This document shows, one piece after another, positions 42,717-56,200 of a stretch of DNA of 64,000 bases (position 1 is its first letter; each line of letters starts with the position of its first letter). The DNA lies in NCBI GenBank assembly GCA_964016885.1, contig OZ024741.1, forward strand, positions 176,576,001 to 176,640,000, given 5' to 3'. The notes under the pieces are model-generated. The model had not been told where the DNA came from and did not search any database. It saw only the letters and a program-made list of their open reading frames with translations. The stretch is from Eledone cirrhosa. Taxonomy: Eukaryota. A program made the position numbers and the translations under genes.

Positions 42717-44845
42717 ATGCAGAAACAACATCTGAATAATTCTACAAAGAACATACCCGTACCAAGCAGGAAAACATACCTAAAACTCCTGATACTGAAA
42801 ACAGACGCGTTCATTAAAAGGTTGCGTTGGCGTGCCTTTTATTTCGATAATCCGCGAAAAGCAGACAACAAACAGGATAAAGTTGCGTTTAAAACCTATA
42901 ATAACACCCCGTGTATCCCAGCATTGCTACCCTTCGAAAATGATGTCATGGAACTCGTACGGAGTATCCAATTTCGGAATAGGAGCAATTCCTTCCAGCA
43001 GGACCTGAAGGATAGAATTCGTTCTATTAAGGATTCTAATGCCGTGCACGTCCATTCGGACACAACTGGCAACCTATATCAAGTGGAGCGCAGTACTTAC
43101 CATCAATTACTACATAATGCTGTAACTAAGGATTACCGTAAAACTAATCGGTGCGTCATCAATGAAATCAACGATGCTGGTTTTAAAATCACCTCTGATC
43201 TCAATATCCTGGACCGGACCGAACCTCTGGACCCTATTTCTCCCCACTTTACCCTGAAGGATCACAAATCCAATTTTCCGAGCAACCCCTCTATTCGGCT
43301 TATTAACCCTACGAAGTCCGATTTAGGTAGACTTAGTAAAAGGATTCTTGATAGAATTATACCTGAAATTAGAAGTTTGGCCCCTCTTGCACAGTGGAAC
43401 AATTCTTTCGCGGCGATTGATTGGTTCAACGGCATATGCAACAAGGAAAATTGCCGTTTTATCCAATTCGACATCAACAATTACTACTCCTCCATCACTT
43501 TACCACTTCTCCTTAGAGCTATCAATTTCACTAAAACATTGACAGTGGTTAAGGATTTCGAAGTTGATGTCATCCTCAATGCGCGTAAGTCGGTGATTAA
43601 TTTCGACGATTCAATTTGGATTAACAAATCCAATAGTACCCCATTCGACGTGAGTATGGGCGCCAGCAATTCTGCGGAGGTTACTGATCTTATCGGCCTT
43701 TTCCTTCTTTTCTCTATCAAGGACGAATTCTCCAACGCGGGCGGAGGTTTGTACCGTGATGATGGTCTATTGACCATGACTAAGTGCGGACCTCCTGCTT
43801 GCGAGAGGTTCAGAAAAGAACTCGCAGCCTTCTTTAAAGGTTTCAACCTCTCTATACAGGTTTAGGCCAATCTCTCGGTCGTTAATTACCTCGCCGTTAC
43901 CCTCAATTTATCGAATGGGTTGTATTACCCGTATAGAAAGCCGAATGTTACGCTTAATTATATAAGTAAGCATTCCAACCTTCCTGCCAGCATAACCAAG
44001 AACCTGGTAAGAAACGTTTCGTTGAGGCTTTCCCGTCTATCTACTAACGATCATATTTTCAACGACCATTCCACTTATTACAATGAAGCTCTTGCTCGAA
44101 ATGGATTTGTCGATAAGGTAGCATATACAGAGTACGAAAATAGACCTAGAAGAAATAGATCCCGTCGCATTTGTTGGTATAACCCACCATATAATATGGA
44201 GGTGGCCACACCATTAGCTAAGATCTTTCTTTCACTTATTACGAAGCATTTTCCCCCTACACATAAATATAGTAAAATTTTTAATAGAAATACTATTAAA
44301 ATTTCTTAATCTATGTCTCCTAACCTTGCACGTAACATCACAGCTTCAAATTTTGCTAAACTACCTAGCCGTAGCAAACGTCAAACCCTGTAGTTAGTAC
44401 TAACTGTTATTGTAGGAATCGGGTTGATTGGACACTATCCGGGATATGCCTCTCTAGTAACATTGTCTACAAATGTAAGGTTGAGACACCCACGTCCCGT
44501 AGGGCCTACATAGGGTTAACCGCCAATAGATTCAAGCAGTGTCTTTACATGCATACCTATTCTTTTCGTTAGCCACTAAGAAGGAATATGACGTCACTTT
44601 CAGCTTATATCTGGAGTCTAAAAGACAACCACACCCAATATAATTTACACTGGGAGATCCTAGCTAGGGCTAGATCGTATAACGGAATTAAAAGACCATG
44701 TGACCTCTGCGCCGCTGAGGCACTGGAAATAATCTACGGCACAGACCACATCTTAAACATAGAATGTGAGGCAATTTCAGCTTTTAAACATAAATTGCAC
44801 AACACTTTCCTGTATTACAGCCCCACGTTATGCCCTAACGGATAG
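42717..44845 (+). pseudogene. Naiad-like PLE RT + GIY-YIG polyprotein, full length with nonsense and frameshift lesions
   Basis: NIPVPS..RLRWRAFYF, SDTTGNLY (instead of DKG), TLKDHKSNFPSNPSIRLINPTKSDLG, FIQFDINNYYSSI, FDVSMG, GLYRDDGL, WYNPPY, IVYKC..AYIGLT, CDLC, KH; TAG 43863 is GAG and TAA 44307 is TAC in the upstream copy. Confidence 0.93.
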
Positions 44846-45862
44846 TACGATCTATACGTGGATATTTTACGTCTTAATGTGGTAGTTAAGTATATGTTTT
44901 CTTTATACCATTACTTATTTGCATAGGTAAGTATATATTACCTGTTTGTTTTGTGAAGGTACGTATACTTTCTCGTACGTATATTTGATTGTATATGTTA
45001 TGGCGTATATTTTTATATATTCTGGTACATAGGGTTTGGTTATGTGTATACGGGAGTTTTGCGTCTGTGTGAGTATTCAGGTTCAAACGTATGTAGGTGT
45101 GTGTATATGTGTAATTCATGTTTTGGTTGACGATCGTCTCCGAACATTTGTGTATTTACATGTAGCTATGTGTGTGCGTTTGTTATATACGTATTTATTT
45201 ATTTATATACGTTTATTTAATTATTTATTTATTTGTCTACACGGACACACACATACACTCACACATATTTATATGTGCATGGTTTTGTATACCTATGGCA
45301 AGTGTTTTCGCGTATGCTCGTGTATGTACGTATTTGCATGCGTGTATGTATTTATTTAATTTCTGTTACCTCTGTATTGTATTTTATTTACTTTATTCTT
45401 TACTCTGAAACGGAGATTCATTCGGTTTCCTAGTTAGAATTTTAGTCTAGGACCTCTGCTATACCATTTACGTGGTTTTGTCTTTGCTTGCAATTGTTCT
45501 CCACGCTCCACATATGACGTGTTATCTTCGTTGTTTTCCGTTCATTGACAGAGAACGTCTCTATGAACCACCTAAGAGAATATTAGTCTACGACTTCTTT
45601 TATACCATAAGCGTGGTTCTGTCTTTGCGCGTAATTGTTTTTCACCGCTCCTATTAATGACGTATTATATTCGTTTTTTCCCGTTCTTTGCCAGGGAACG
45701 TTTCCACGAACCAAAGTATCGTCTGCCTGTCTTCCTCCGGTTGCAACGTTTTTTTACATATCCCCTTCTGCGTTTACAGATTGACTTTGTTAGTTTCAGA
45801 AGATCACGTAAAGGGTGAAAGCAGCGATTCTTTGCTTAAACTTTAATCTGTTATTTTAATAA
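44846..45862 (+). mobile_element. 3' pLTR of the Naiad-like PLE
   Basis: Direct repeat of 41571-42585; ends at aataaa before (TA)n. Confidence 0.9.
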
Positions 45863-45884
45863 ATATATATATATATATACACAT

Positions 45885-46170
45885 ATATAAATACACAAAA
45901 ACAAGATGGCGTAGGACAGAACAAAGAAGAGGCACAAAAAACAAAGAAAAGATCCCCCAGTCACAGAAGAGGTCACATAATGTGTGATGAAAGAACTTTG
46001 ACAATATATAAACAACCATCTGGTTGTGGAACCAACCAACCAACCGAAAATTTATAAATTCTTAAATTTATAAATTTATTATAATAAATTGAAGTGAACC
46101 TTGTGGTGCGTGTGTTTCTTATTGGCAACATGACCCTCCCAAAGTATAACAATATCGGTTTCAACACACG
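45885..46170 (+). mobile_element. Solo pLTR of the family at 59630-61360
   Basis: gtcacagaagaggtcac...gaaagaactttgaca...ggttgtggaaccaacc matches 61200-61350 and reverse complement of 59630-59860. Confidence 0.85.
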
Positions 46171-46211
46171 TTTTCAGATAAAGAGTCTGGCTAAACAAAT
46201 TCAGAAAAGAA

Positions 46212-46252
<41 letters not shown>

Positions 46253-46287
46253 CATAAAATGTTATAGTTTGCTTATATATATATATG

Positions 46288-46431
<144 letters not shown>

Positions 46432-47855
46432 ATCGTTTTTAAAGACCCTAAAAACTGGAAAGAAGTAGATGGTGAAGGTAAAACACCTTAAATACGGTAA
46501 TTTATGATAATAAACAGTACCGATGCAACGGATGGAATGCTTTCAAAATGCAAAGCATATTTGAGGAACTTGCGAATACAGGATCAGGTTCAATCTGTAA
46601 CAGATCCTGCCTTCAGCTGATCGTCGGAGAATCATATGTAATATGTTAATACATTGTGTTTGATGCATTACTGATTCCTCGTTATCTATAATATATATCC
46701 TTGTTTGTATATATATGTACGTATATGAATATATATACATATATATATATATGTATTCATACACGTACATATATACATAAACAAGGATTTTCAGTTCTTC
46801 AAAGACATGTATTTAAATAGTTCTAACAATTATATCAATTTATCCATTCTTCTGATCCTTACTCCGTTTCAGATCAATGTTGACAAACCTCAAGCAAATA
46901 TATCTGATGAGTTCACACGTTGTAATCGCTACGTTTAAGGGAGGTCATTTCTGAAAGTTGCACCTCCGTGTTTTGCTTAAGAACGCAAGGAGCTGGTACA
47001 CTCTGACGGGAAGTATACACAGTAGAAAAACGTAAAACTATTACTAACTTTCATAATATAAAGAAAAAAAAAGATTAGTACCATTTCTTACAAGATCAAG
47101 GCAAAGTTTTGGACGAATGCTGCATAAAATCCTGCTGCATAAAACCCTATAATGCGAAGAGGCCAATTCATGTCCACAAAACAACCGCCTGTACTACATG
47201 AAACGCTTCATCGACAAGTTGAAGAATCATGAGCCTTGCCTTTTCTGTGATGTGAAGAATTTTGATAAGGACGATAACGCAATAAAGGCATGATAAATGT
47301 TTATGCAGAGACGCTAAATTTAATCCACCTTCTACAATGTGGCTCAATGAATGAATGATTAAATAAATAATCATTATTCAGAGCTATATAATGTTAAAGG
47401 TTTGAAGAACAGGCAGATGAAATTTAACTAATTTTTCTTCTTTATCTTGAGAAATTAACAAAATAAATAATCAATTAAATTGAGCTAGGTTTAAATTGTA
47501 AGTTAGAAGAAATAATAGATAAATGTTTACAATTATTTCTCTAGTACCGACTGTCGACAGTTTTGCTGGTGCGTTTTTGAAATGTATAATCGCTGCATTA
47601 TCCATGAGGCTTTAGGCTTATGAAAGGACTTCCTTAGTTAGCATCGATTTTCTCCTCAAAGTGATCGCTGCAATTAACAAATTCGAAATGGGTGAAAATT
47701 ATCACATTGCTAACGGTCAAGATAGAAGTGTTGTGACTGGTGGCTAGTAAGTTCATTGCTAGAAGAAGCAGTTAGTTACAGCCTAAATTTACTCCACCGT
47801 AACGGAATTATAACATAGTCAGAAGAAACACATCTATATTTACCCCCCCCCCCCC

Positions 47856-47896
<41 letters not shown>

Positions 47897-47897
<1 letters not shown>

Positions 47898-48883
47898 TTC
47901 GTTGATGAAGTAAACTCCATTCCGCTTGCTCTAGTAGTCTTATATATTTATATGTGAGCTGATAGAGTACAGTCTAAGGATTTACAGAAACCCAAGAAGC
48001 TAGATTTAACACCTTTCTAGTGGGTCCGGGTATGATTTTACATTCATTTAAATTATTGATGTATTGTTTTATTGATATTTTTTATCTGTTTGTCCCGAAT
48101 CTTCTATTATCGATTTTTTATCGTATGGTTGATTTTAGACTTGTTCTATGTGTGACGGTATTTTAACGATAGTTATAGCTCTGATTCATCTGAATTATTG
48201 AGCGCTCTGCCGCTCATTTCGAATATTGTTTATCGTGAACTCGTGCGCCGATTTTTCGATACTCGATCTTTCTAATATTTTTAGCTCTGGACATAGCTAT
48301 CCACCAGTTAATTTTATTGCTCATTTTTTGTCGATTCTATTGAGTGATGAATAGCTCCTGTTTTATTTTAACATGTCTATTGAGCACTCTTATTCGATAT
48401 GTGTATTTCCACATTTCCTCGAATAGTTTTCGCGGATGTAGAGGTTATCTCCCTTGTCGAATTCCATGTGCGTATTTCGCTTGTAGTTAGCCTCTTATCC
48501 GCTAGGAAAAAGCTCGTTGATGAAGTAAACTCCATTCCGCTTGCTCTAGTAGTCTTATATATTTATATGTGAGCTGATAGAGTACAGTCTAAGGATTTAC
48601 AGAAACCCAAGAAGCTAGATTTAACACCTTTCTAGTGGGTCCGGGTATGATTTTACATTCATTTAAATTATTGATGTATTGTTTTATTGATATTTTTTAT
48701 CTGTTTGTCCCGAATCTTCTATTATCGATTTTTCATCGTATGGTTGATTTTAGACTTGTTCTATGTGTGACGGTATTTTAACGATAGTTATAGCTCTGAT
48801 TCATCTGAATTTTTGAGCCCTCTGCCGCTCATTTCGAATATTGTTTATCGTGAACTCGTGCGCCGATTTTTCGATACTCGATC

Positions 48884-48891
<8 letters not shown>
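47897..48891. repeat. 615-bp-period partial tandem (~1.6 units) bounded by (TA)n
   Basis: gttgatgaagtaaactcc at 47901 and 48516; atctttctaa at 48266 and 48881; near-identical. Confidence 0.95.
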
Positions 48892-48921
<30 letters not shown>

Positions 48922-49127
48922 GAAACGAATGACTTCACATGTAGTTCTAAACAATTTAATTTAATTCTATAATATTATAATTTTACAATTTGGTTTGGTA
49001 GGTCTAGCAAACCAAATTGTAAAATTATAATATGAAATTAAATTAAATTGTTTAGAACTACAAGTGAAATCAATCTTTTCCCTTTTTTAAAATATACCTA
49101 ACTGTAACAAGTATTTCACACAATTTT

Positions 49128-49179
<52 letters not shown>

Positions 49180-49667
49180 GACAAGGGGGAAGAAAAAATG
49201 ACTTCACTTGTGCTTTCAACAAATTTATTTTCTTCACATAATCCAAAAAGAATTTTTTTTTCCGGATTAGAAAACATTTTTTTCTTAAAAATAATTATTT
49301 TATAAATTAAGTTGTTGGTTGTTGGTTAGGAGTTCTTGGTTAACGTAGGAGGTATTGTTTCGTTTTTAGAACGACCTTTTACGCTGAGGTGCGCTTGTAA
49401 AACTGATGTGTATGTGGTGTGTTGTTCTATATATAGGGATTTAACATGTATGTGGTGTGGTGGGGTTTTTTTCTCCCCCTTTAATAAGTGTATGGGTGTA
49501 GGTGGTTTGAAAAAGTGTTAATAGCAATAATGAGTTAATACGGTGAAGAAAATAAATTTGTTGAAAGCACAAGTGAAGCCATTTTCTCTTCCCCCTGTCT
49601 TAATATACCTAACTGTACCAAGGAATACACACATTTTCCAATATTCTATCCCCTTGTACAAGACAGA

Positions 49668-50401
49668 ATGGCTAACACACGTTCAAAATCCTCTACTGAA
49701 TCCCTCAAATCGGAGACACTACTACAGGAAATATCAGAAAAACTCACCATATTAATAGATAAATATGATTCCCTTACGAATGCCGTACAAGAAATGGAAC
49801 AACAAACACGCAGCTATAGGGAAAAACTTGATTCACAGACCGACAAAAACAAGAACAAACCTTTTCTCCTGAAATAGCTACACATGAACAGAACTCCATC
49901 ACCAATAATGCATTCAAAGAATGGAATGAACTGAATCTAGAAAAAGAAGCCTACAGAAAAAGAAACCAAATGAAAAACATTTGGAACCAACTATTAAATC
50001 AAAGGAAACAGGCATACTGGAAAGCCTTGAGGAGTGAAAACCTAGCAGACACATACGAAATATGGCGTAGCAAGGAACCAGTTATCCTCCCGAGAAAATT
50101 CCGAATTAAAGAAATACCATCGGAATCAATGGAAGAAACTGCAACAAGACTAAATCTAGCACTCCAAACACTTGTGACCGAAATCACCCTACTCCACCTA
50201 AGAGTGCCAAAATTCAAAGAGAAATTTGAAAAATGCGACACCACCATCCAAGATGAAATAAACAAAAGAAGCAGCGGCAATGTACGTGAAAAACTCCTTA
50301 ACCTATGGCAGACAGATACAACTAGAGAGGAGTTAAAATCAAAGGAAATCTTGGAGTCAAGAACTCAATGGCTTCAAGAATATGAAGATAACTATGGGTA
50401 A
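49668..50401 (+). pseudogene. Putative upstream ORF/N-terminal helical protein of the PLE (frameshifted)
   Basis: Two long ATG-led helical ORFs (49668-49877 and 49970-50401, WNQLLNQRKQAYW...PVILPRKFR) inside the element, upstream of the RT ORF. Confidence 0.55.
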
Positions 50402-50834
50402 GACCAAATAAAACCCAGAAAACAAACCCATAAGAAACCCCAGAACTCAGGAAAATACAACAACACAAGAAATGAAGCACCCACACACAATAAACCAACA
50501 ACAACCAGATATTGGGTAACCCCAAACACACAACTACATACAGACCCAATACTCAACACCAGAACCAGATACAACCACTGCCATAACACCAAGAACAATT
50601 ACCGGAGAAAAAATCAAAGACACATGAATACTGAACGAAACAACAGAAGAACCAAACCCCCATACAGCAACGACCACGCAAGAGTCTATCGCCCAACCAG
50701 TTACCGGCATGAAGTTCCGGCGGGCCAAAGGTTTCACCACAACAGAAACACCCCTATCCCAAATGGCACCCATTTTTTAGGACTAGGGGCCTCGCACCAA
50801 ATGATAAAAAAAAGAAAAAAACACCACCTTTCAA

Positions 50835-53101
50835 GTGGCACCTGACGAGAAAGAACCAATCGAACCAAAAATAATCAATATATCAGCCAAGAAATTAACA
50901 CAACCAGAAATACAACTGTTAGAAAATGGACTGAAGTTCACTGCCACCCCGAAAGCAGATACAGCCGATGTTATAAAAGACACAGAAGAATACTGTCGAA
51001 AATTACGCTTAGGAGAATTCTTCCAGGGTGTACAATACGAGGAAGAATCACCGGTGAAAAACAAAAAGAACTTCACACTCCCGCTAAATAGAGATAAATA
51101 CCTGGAGGAATACATAACCTGCCTTCGCCGATCAGCACGTACAAATACGGCCGAGACGAAACACAAACGCAACATCCCTACAGACCAACTACTAGCATTG
51201 AAAAAGCTACAAAGGGATTCCTCAATAATAATAAAAGAAGCGGACAAAGGTGGAGCAATCGTCATCATGGACACAAACCACTACAAAGATATGGTTCTAG
51301 CACACTTGAATGACGAAAACTTCTACAGAAAAATCACTAAAAACGAAGAAAGTGAATCGAGGAACCAAATAGGCAAACTAACAACAAAGTACCAAAACAA
51401 CCTAACACCAAAAGAAGTAGATTACCTGACCAACTTCGAAATGAAAACCAGCAATATCTATGGATTACCAAAAATTCACAAATCCATAGAAATCCAAAAC
51501 AACATAACAGAGAAAAATACATCATACATCGAAGCACCAAAACCGACAGACTTAAAATTACGCCCCATTATTGCTGGCCCAGCCTCAAGCACACAACGTC
51601 TAAGCAACCTATTAGACATCATATTCAAAGCCCTATGCAAAAAAGTTCCAAGCTACATCAGAGATGATATGGAATTCCTTAACTATATCCCCCAAAAAGT
51701 ACATCAGGATACAATCCTAGTCAGTTTTGATGTAATAAGCCTGTACACTAACATCCCACACGACCTAGGGATTGAAGCTGTGGACTTCTGGATTACAAAA
51801 CACTCAAGTCACGTTTCAGAAATATTCCCCAAATAATTCATCTTGGAAGGACTTAAATTAGTATTGGAAAACAACCACTTCCTCTTTGACAACGAACTTT
51901 ATCTACAAATAAAAGGAACAGCCATGGGTACCAAAGTGGCCTCTACATATGCAACGCTCGTTATGGGTCACTTAGAGGCAAAATTATATTCCCAACTACA
52001 GATAACATTCAGTCACGACTTCGCCTTCTACATTAATAAAAACTGGAAACGTTACCTAGATGACTGCTTCATCTTCTGGAACAGAAGCCAAACAGACCTA
52101 CAACAATTTTATTCGATCTTAAACAGGCTTCATGAAGCTATACAATTCACTATGGAATGTAACGAAAGGAACTGCCCTTTCTAGATATCCTCATCATTAA
52201 AGAAGGGGAAAATATCATAACGGACCTATTTTGCAAACCCACTGACACACACCAATACTTAAATTTCCGGTCAGCACACCCCTCACATACGAAAAGGAAC
52301 ATTCCCTTCAACATGGCAAGGCGCATCTGCACTATAGCAACACACCCCGTACTACAAGAAAAAAGATTATGTGACCTGAAAAAATTCCTTAAAAAACAAG
52401 AATACCCGATGAAACTCATCAACGCAGCCATCTCCAAGGCTAAGAACATCCCAATAACAACACTGAGAAAACCAAACCCACAACATAAAAAAGAAAACCC
52501 TGCTATCTCTGTTGTCATCACTCACAACCCAGGGAACATCAACATTGTGAAAACTGCTAAGCAGTATCTCCCGATTCTACAGCAATCTACCAAAATGAAT
52601 GCACTCTTAAAAAACACACAGATAATTTATAGCAGACGCCAAGCACCCAACAATAAAAAAATAATTACCAAGGCAAAATTTACGACCAACATGGAATCAA
52701 TGCAAGTGACGAAATGCGGGGACCCTAGATGTGGAACCTGTGAACTCATCGAAGAAGGCAAACAGTTGTCCTTCAAAAACCATGATAATTTCAAGGTCAA
52801 TGCAAACATGAACTGCAAAACGAAAAACCTAATCTATTGCGCAACATGTCCACAGTGTAAACAGTATTACATTGGGGAAACCGGAACAGGATTACATGAA
52901 AGAGTCCGGGTACATAAACAACACATTAAAGACCCCACAGTCAGAAATACCACATGTAGCGCACACTTTGCATCATGCGGGAAGGGAAAATTCACAATCT
53001 TCCCTTTCTTCAAGATATGGTCAGATAACGAACATTTCCGCAGATATAAAGAAGAATTCTTCATTGAAAAATTTAAACCACTACTGAACACGAAAAAATG
53101 A
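50835..53101 (+). pseudogene. Neptune-like PLE RT + GIY-YIG endonuclease (one stop, one frameshift)
   Basis: LENGLKF, IKEADKGGAIVIM, YGLPKIHK, LRPIIAG, SFDVISLYTNIPH, GTAMGT, RYLDDCF, PF/LDI, KCGDPRCGTC, NLIYCATC..YYIGETG..RVRVH; TAA at 51834, frameshift ~52180. Confidence 0.95.
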
Positions 53102-53301
53102 ATTAACACTCGGAGGTAAAATTCCATTTCACTACCCCACCCCTCTTCTTATGTGTACACATGAATATCTGAGTGAACGGTGAGACACACACATATATGT
53201 GTGTAGGTATGTATGGATGTATGTACGTGTGGGTATATATGTATGTGGGTGTGTGTATGTGTGTGTGTATATATATATGTATGGGTGTGTGTATGTTTGT
53301 A

Positions 53302-53332
<31 letters not shown>

Positions 53333-53385
53333 GTGTGTATGTGTGTATATATATGTATATGTATATGTATGTATGTGTATGTTTG

Positions 53386-53447
<62 letters not shown>

Positions 53448-53655
53448 TATGTTTATATGTGTGTGTATGTATGTATCTCTCTATATATGTGTGTGAATGT
53501 ATGTGCATATAAGTATATATGTTTGTTCATATATGTATGTTTCTGTATGTGTATATGTATGTGTGTATGTAGATGTATGTATATATATGTATATATATAT
53601 ATGTATATATGTATGTATATATGTGTCTTTATGTGCTTGTGTGTACACATATATG

Positions 53656-53686
<31 letters not shown>

Positions 53687-53699
53687 ATGTATATATATG

Positions 53700-53762
<63 letters not shown>

Positions 53763-53838
53763 ATGTATGTGTGTATATGTATGTGTGTATGTATGTACTT
53801 GTATGTGTATGTCTATGTGTATGTATATATATATATAT

Positions 53839-53874
<36 letters not shown>

Positions 53875-53940
53875 GTATATGTATGTATATGTGTGTATGT
53901 GTCTGTATGTGTTTATGTGTACATATATGTATATATATAT

Positions 53941-53984
<44 letters not shown>

Positions 53985-53998
53985 GTGTGTCTGTATGC

Positions 53999-54062
<64 letters not shown>

Positions 54063-55298
54063 ATGTGTGTGTGTGTATGCATGTATGTGTGAACGGAGGT
54101 ATATATACGGACATATGTATATGTGTGTGTGTGTGTACACGTGTGTGTGTGGGGGTGTATGTGGGTGTGTGTATGTGTGCGTGTATGTGTATGTGTATAT
54201 ATGTATATTTAGTTATGTATCTTTATGTGTGTATATGTATGTATATGTATGTATGTATATATATATATATACCCATTGGAGCTATGAGTACATATTCGTG
54301 TGTGTACATATGTGTATATGTGTTTTTATATGTGTCTTTATATGTTTTTTTGTTTGTATGTGGATGTATATGTACATGGGTGTGTGATTGATGGTGTGTG
54401 CCTATATATTCCTACATATGCCCGTGTGTGTATGTACGTATATGCGCACATATGTGTGTGTTGAACAAAGGACTAATTTGGGGATGGATGTAGAAAAATT
54501 CTTCAGAAAAAAATAATTGTTTACAAACTTGGCAGGTGCGATTTGCCTTTGACCATTCTCAACACAAAGGAATACTAAAAGCTTTTTCCCCTGAATAAAG
54601 GAATTTTTCGAGAATGACCGGGGCAGGCCGCACTTGCTACATTTCTCCCCACCCAAACCTACTCACCGTCTTAACTCATTACTGCTATTAACACTTTTTC
54701 AACACACCTACACCCATACACTTATTAAAGGGGGATAAAAAAAACCCACCACACCACAGGCATGTTAAATCCCTATATATAGAACAACACACCACATACA
54801 CATCAGTTTGATAAGCGCACCTCAGCGTGAAAGGTCGTTCTAAAAACGAAACAATACTTCCTACGTTAACCAAGAACTCATAACCAACAACCAACAACTT
54901 AATTTATAAAATAATATTTGTTAAGAAAAAAAATTTTTCTAATCCGGAAAAAAAAATTCTTTTTGGATTTTGTGAAGAAAATAAATTTGTTGAAACCACA
55001 AGTGAAGCCATTTTTTCTTCCCCCTTGTCTTAATATATATATATATATATATATACATACATAGATAGACATATATATATATATAGTGAAAAATTGTGTG
55101 AAATACTTGTTACAGTTAGGTATATTTTAAAAAAGGGAAAATATTGATTTCACTTGTAGTTCTAAACAATTTAATTTAATTTCATAATATTATAATTTTA
55201 CAATTTGGTTTGGTAGACCTACCAAACCAAATTGTAAAATTATAATATTATAGAATTAAATTAAATTGTTTAGAACTACAAGTGAATTCATTCGTTTC

Positions 55299-55358
<60 letters not shown>

Positions 55359-55420
55359 TTTTTTTTCTTCCCCCCTGTCTTAATATACCTAACTGTACCA
55401 AGGATTTCACACATTTTCCA

Positions 55421-55477
<57 letters not shown>

Positions 55478-55569
55478 CATATATATTATTATATATTATA
55501 TATTATTATATATATATATATTATATATATATATATATATATTATTATATATTATTATATATATATAGT

Positions 55570-55700
55570 TACGTCCCTTTATGATCTGAGTTCAAATCCC
55601 GCCGAGGTTGACTTTGCCTTTCATCCTTACGGGGTCGATAAAATAAATTACCAGTAATGCACTGGATAATTGCTGGCCTTGTGCCTAAAGTAGAAACAAT
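55570..55700 (+). mobile_element. SINE family A, young partial copy
   Basis: gagttcaaatcccgccgaggttgactttgcctttcatccttacggggtcgataaaataa...gctggccttgtgcctaaagtagaaac. Confidence 0.85.
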
Positions 55701-55779
55701 TATTATTATTATTATTAGAAAGTGAGGTTTTCTTACAGAATAAAAAAAAACTAGGTGTCCTACACAAGTGAAAGTATAA

Positions 55780-56020
55780 GGAAAAAAGATGAAATCGAAA
55801 ATGCAACTAGAGTCTTTTAGAAAGTAAATATATATATTTGGTTCCTTTACCGGTTTTGCAATTCTCGTGCTTTTCAAAAATAGAATTGAGATGGAGGCAA
55901 AAACCACAAACCATCCATCTCAATTCTACTTTTGAAAAGCACAAGAACTGCGAAAACGGTAAAGGAACTAAATAAAGTTATTTAAAAAAAAAAAGTTGCA
56001 TTTTCGATTTCATCTTTTCC
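55780..56020. repeat. ~240-bp imperfect palindrome
   Basis: ggaaaaaagatgaaatcgaaaatgcaac...tagaattgagatgga / tccatctcaattcta...gttgcattttcgatttcatcttttcc. Confidence 0.9.
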
Positions 56021-56132
56021 CCCTATATATATATATACATATATATATATAGACGTGTGTTTGCATATGTGTTTGTGTGTGAGAGAGAGGGAGAGTGAGG
56101 GAGAGTGAGAGAGAGTGAGACAGAAAGAGAGA

Positions 56133-56200
<68 letters not shown>

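Larger units (their letters stand above)
48918..55425 (+). mobile_element. Near-complete A-rich Neptune-like PLE with inverted and direct pLTR pieces
   Basis: 48918-49547 is the reverse complement of ~54663-55303; 49544-49642 is a direct copy of the 3' tail (54972-55035 and 55363-55423). Confidence 0.92.

Noticed and set aside
54805-54845. Hammerhead-like ttgataa-gcgc-acctca-gcgt-gaaa-ggtc in the Neptune-like pLTR
   Set aside because: The core is broken in both copies (other copy ~49370-49410); at most a relic.
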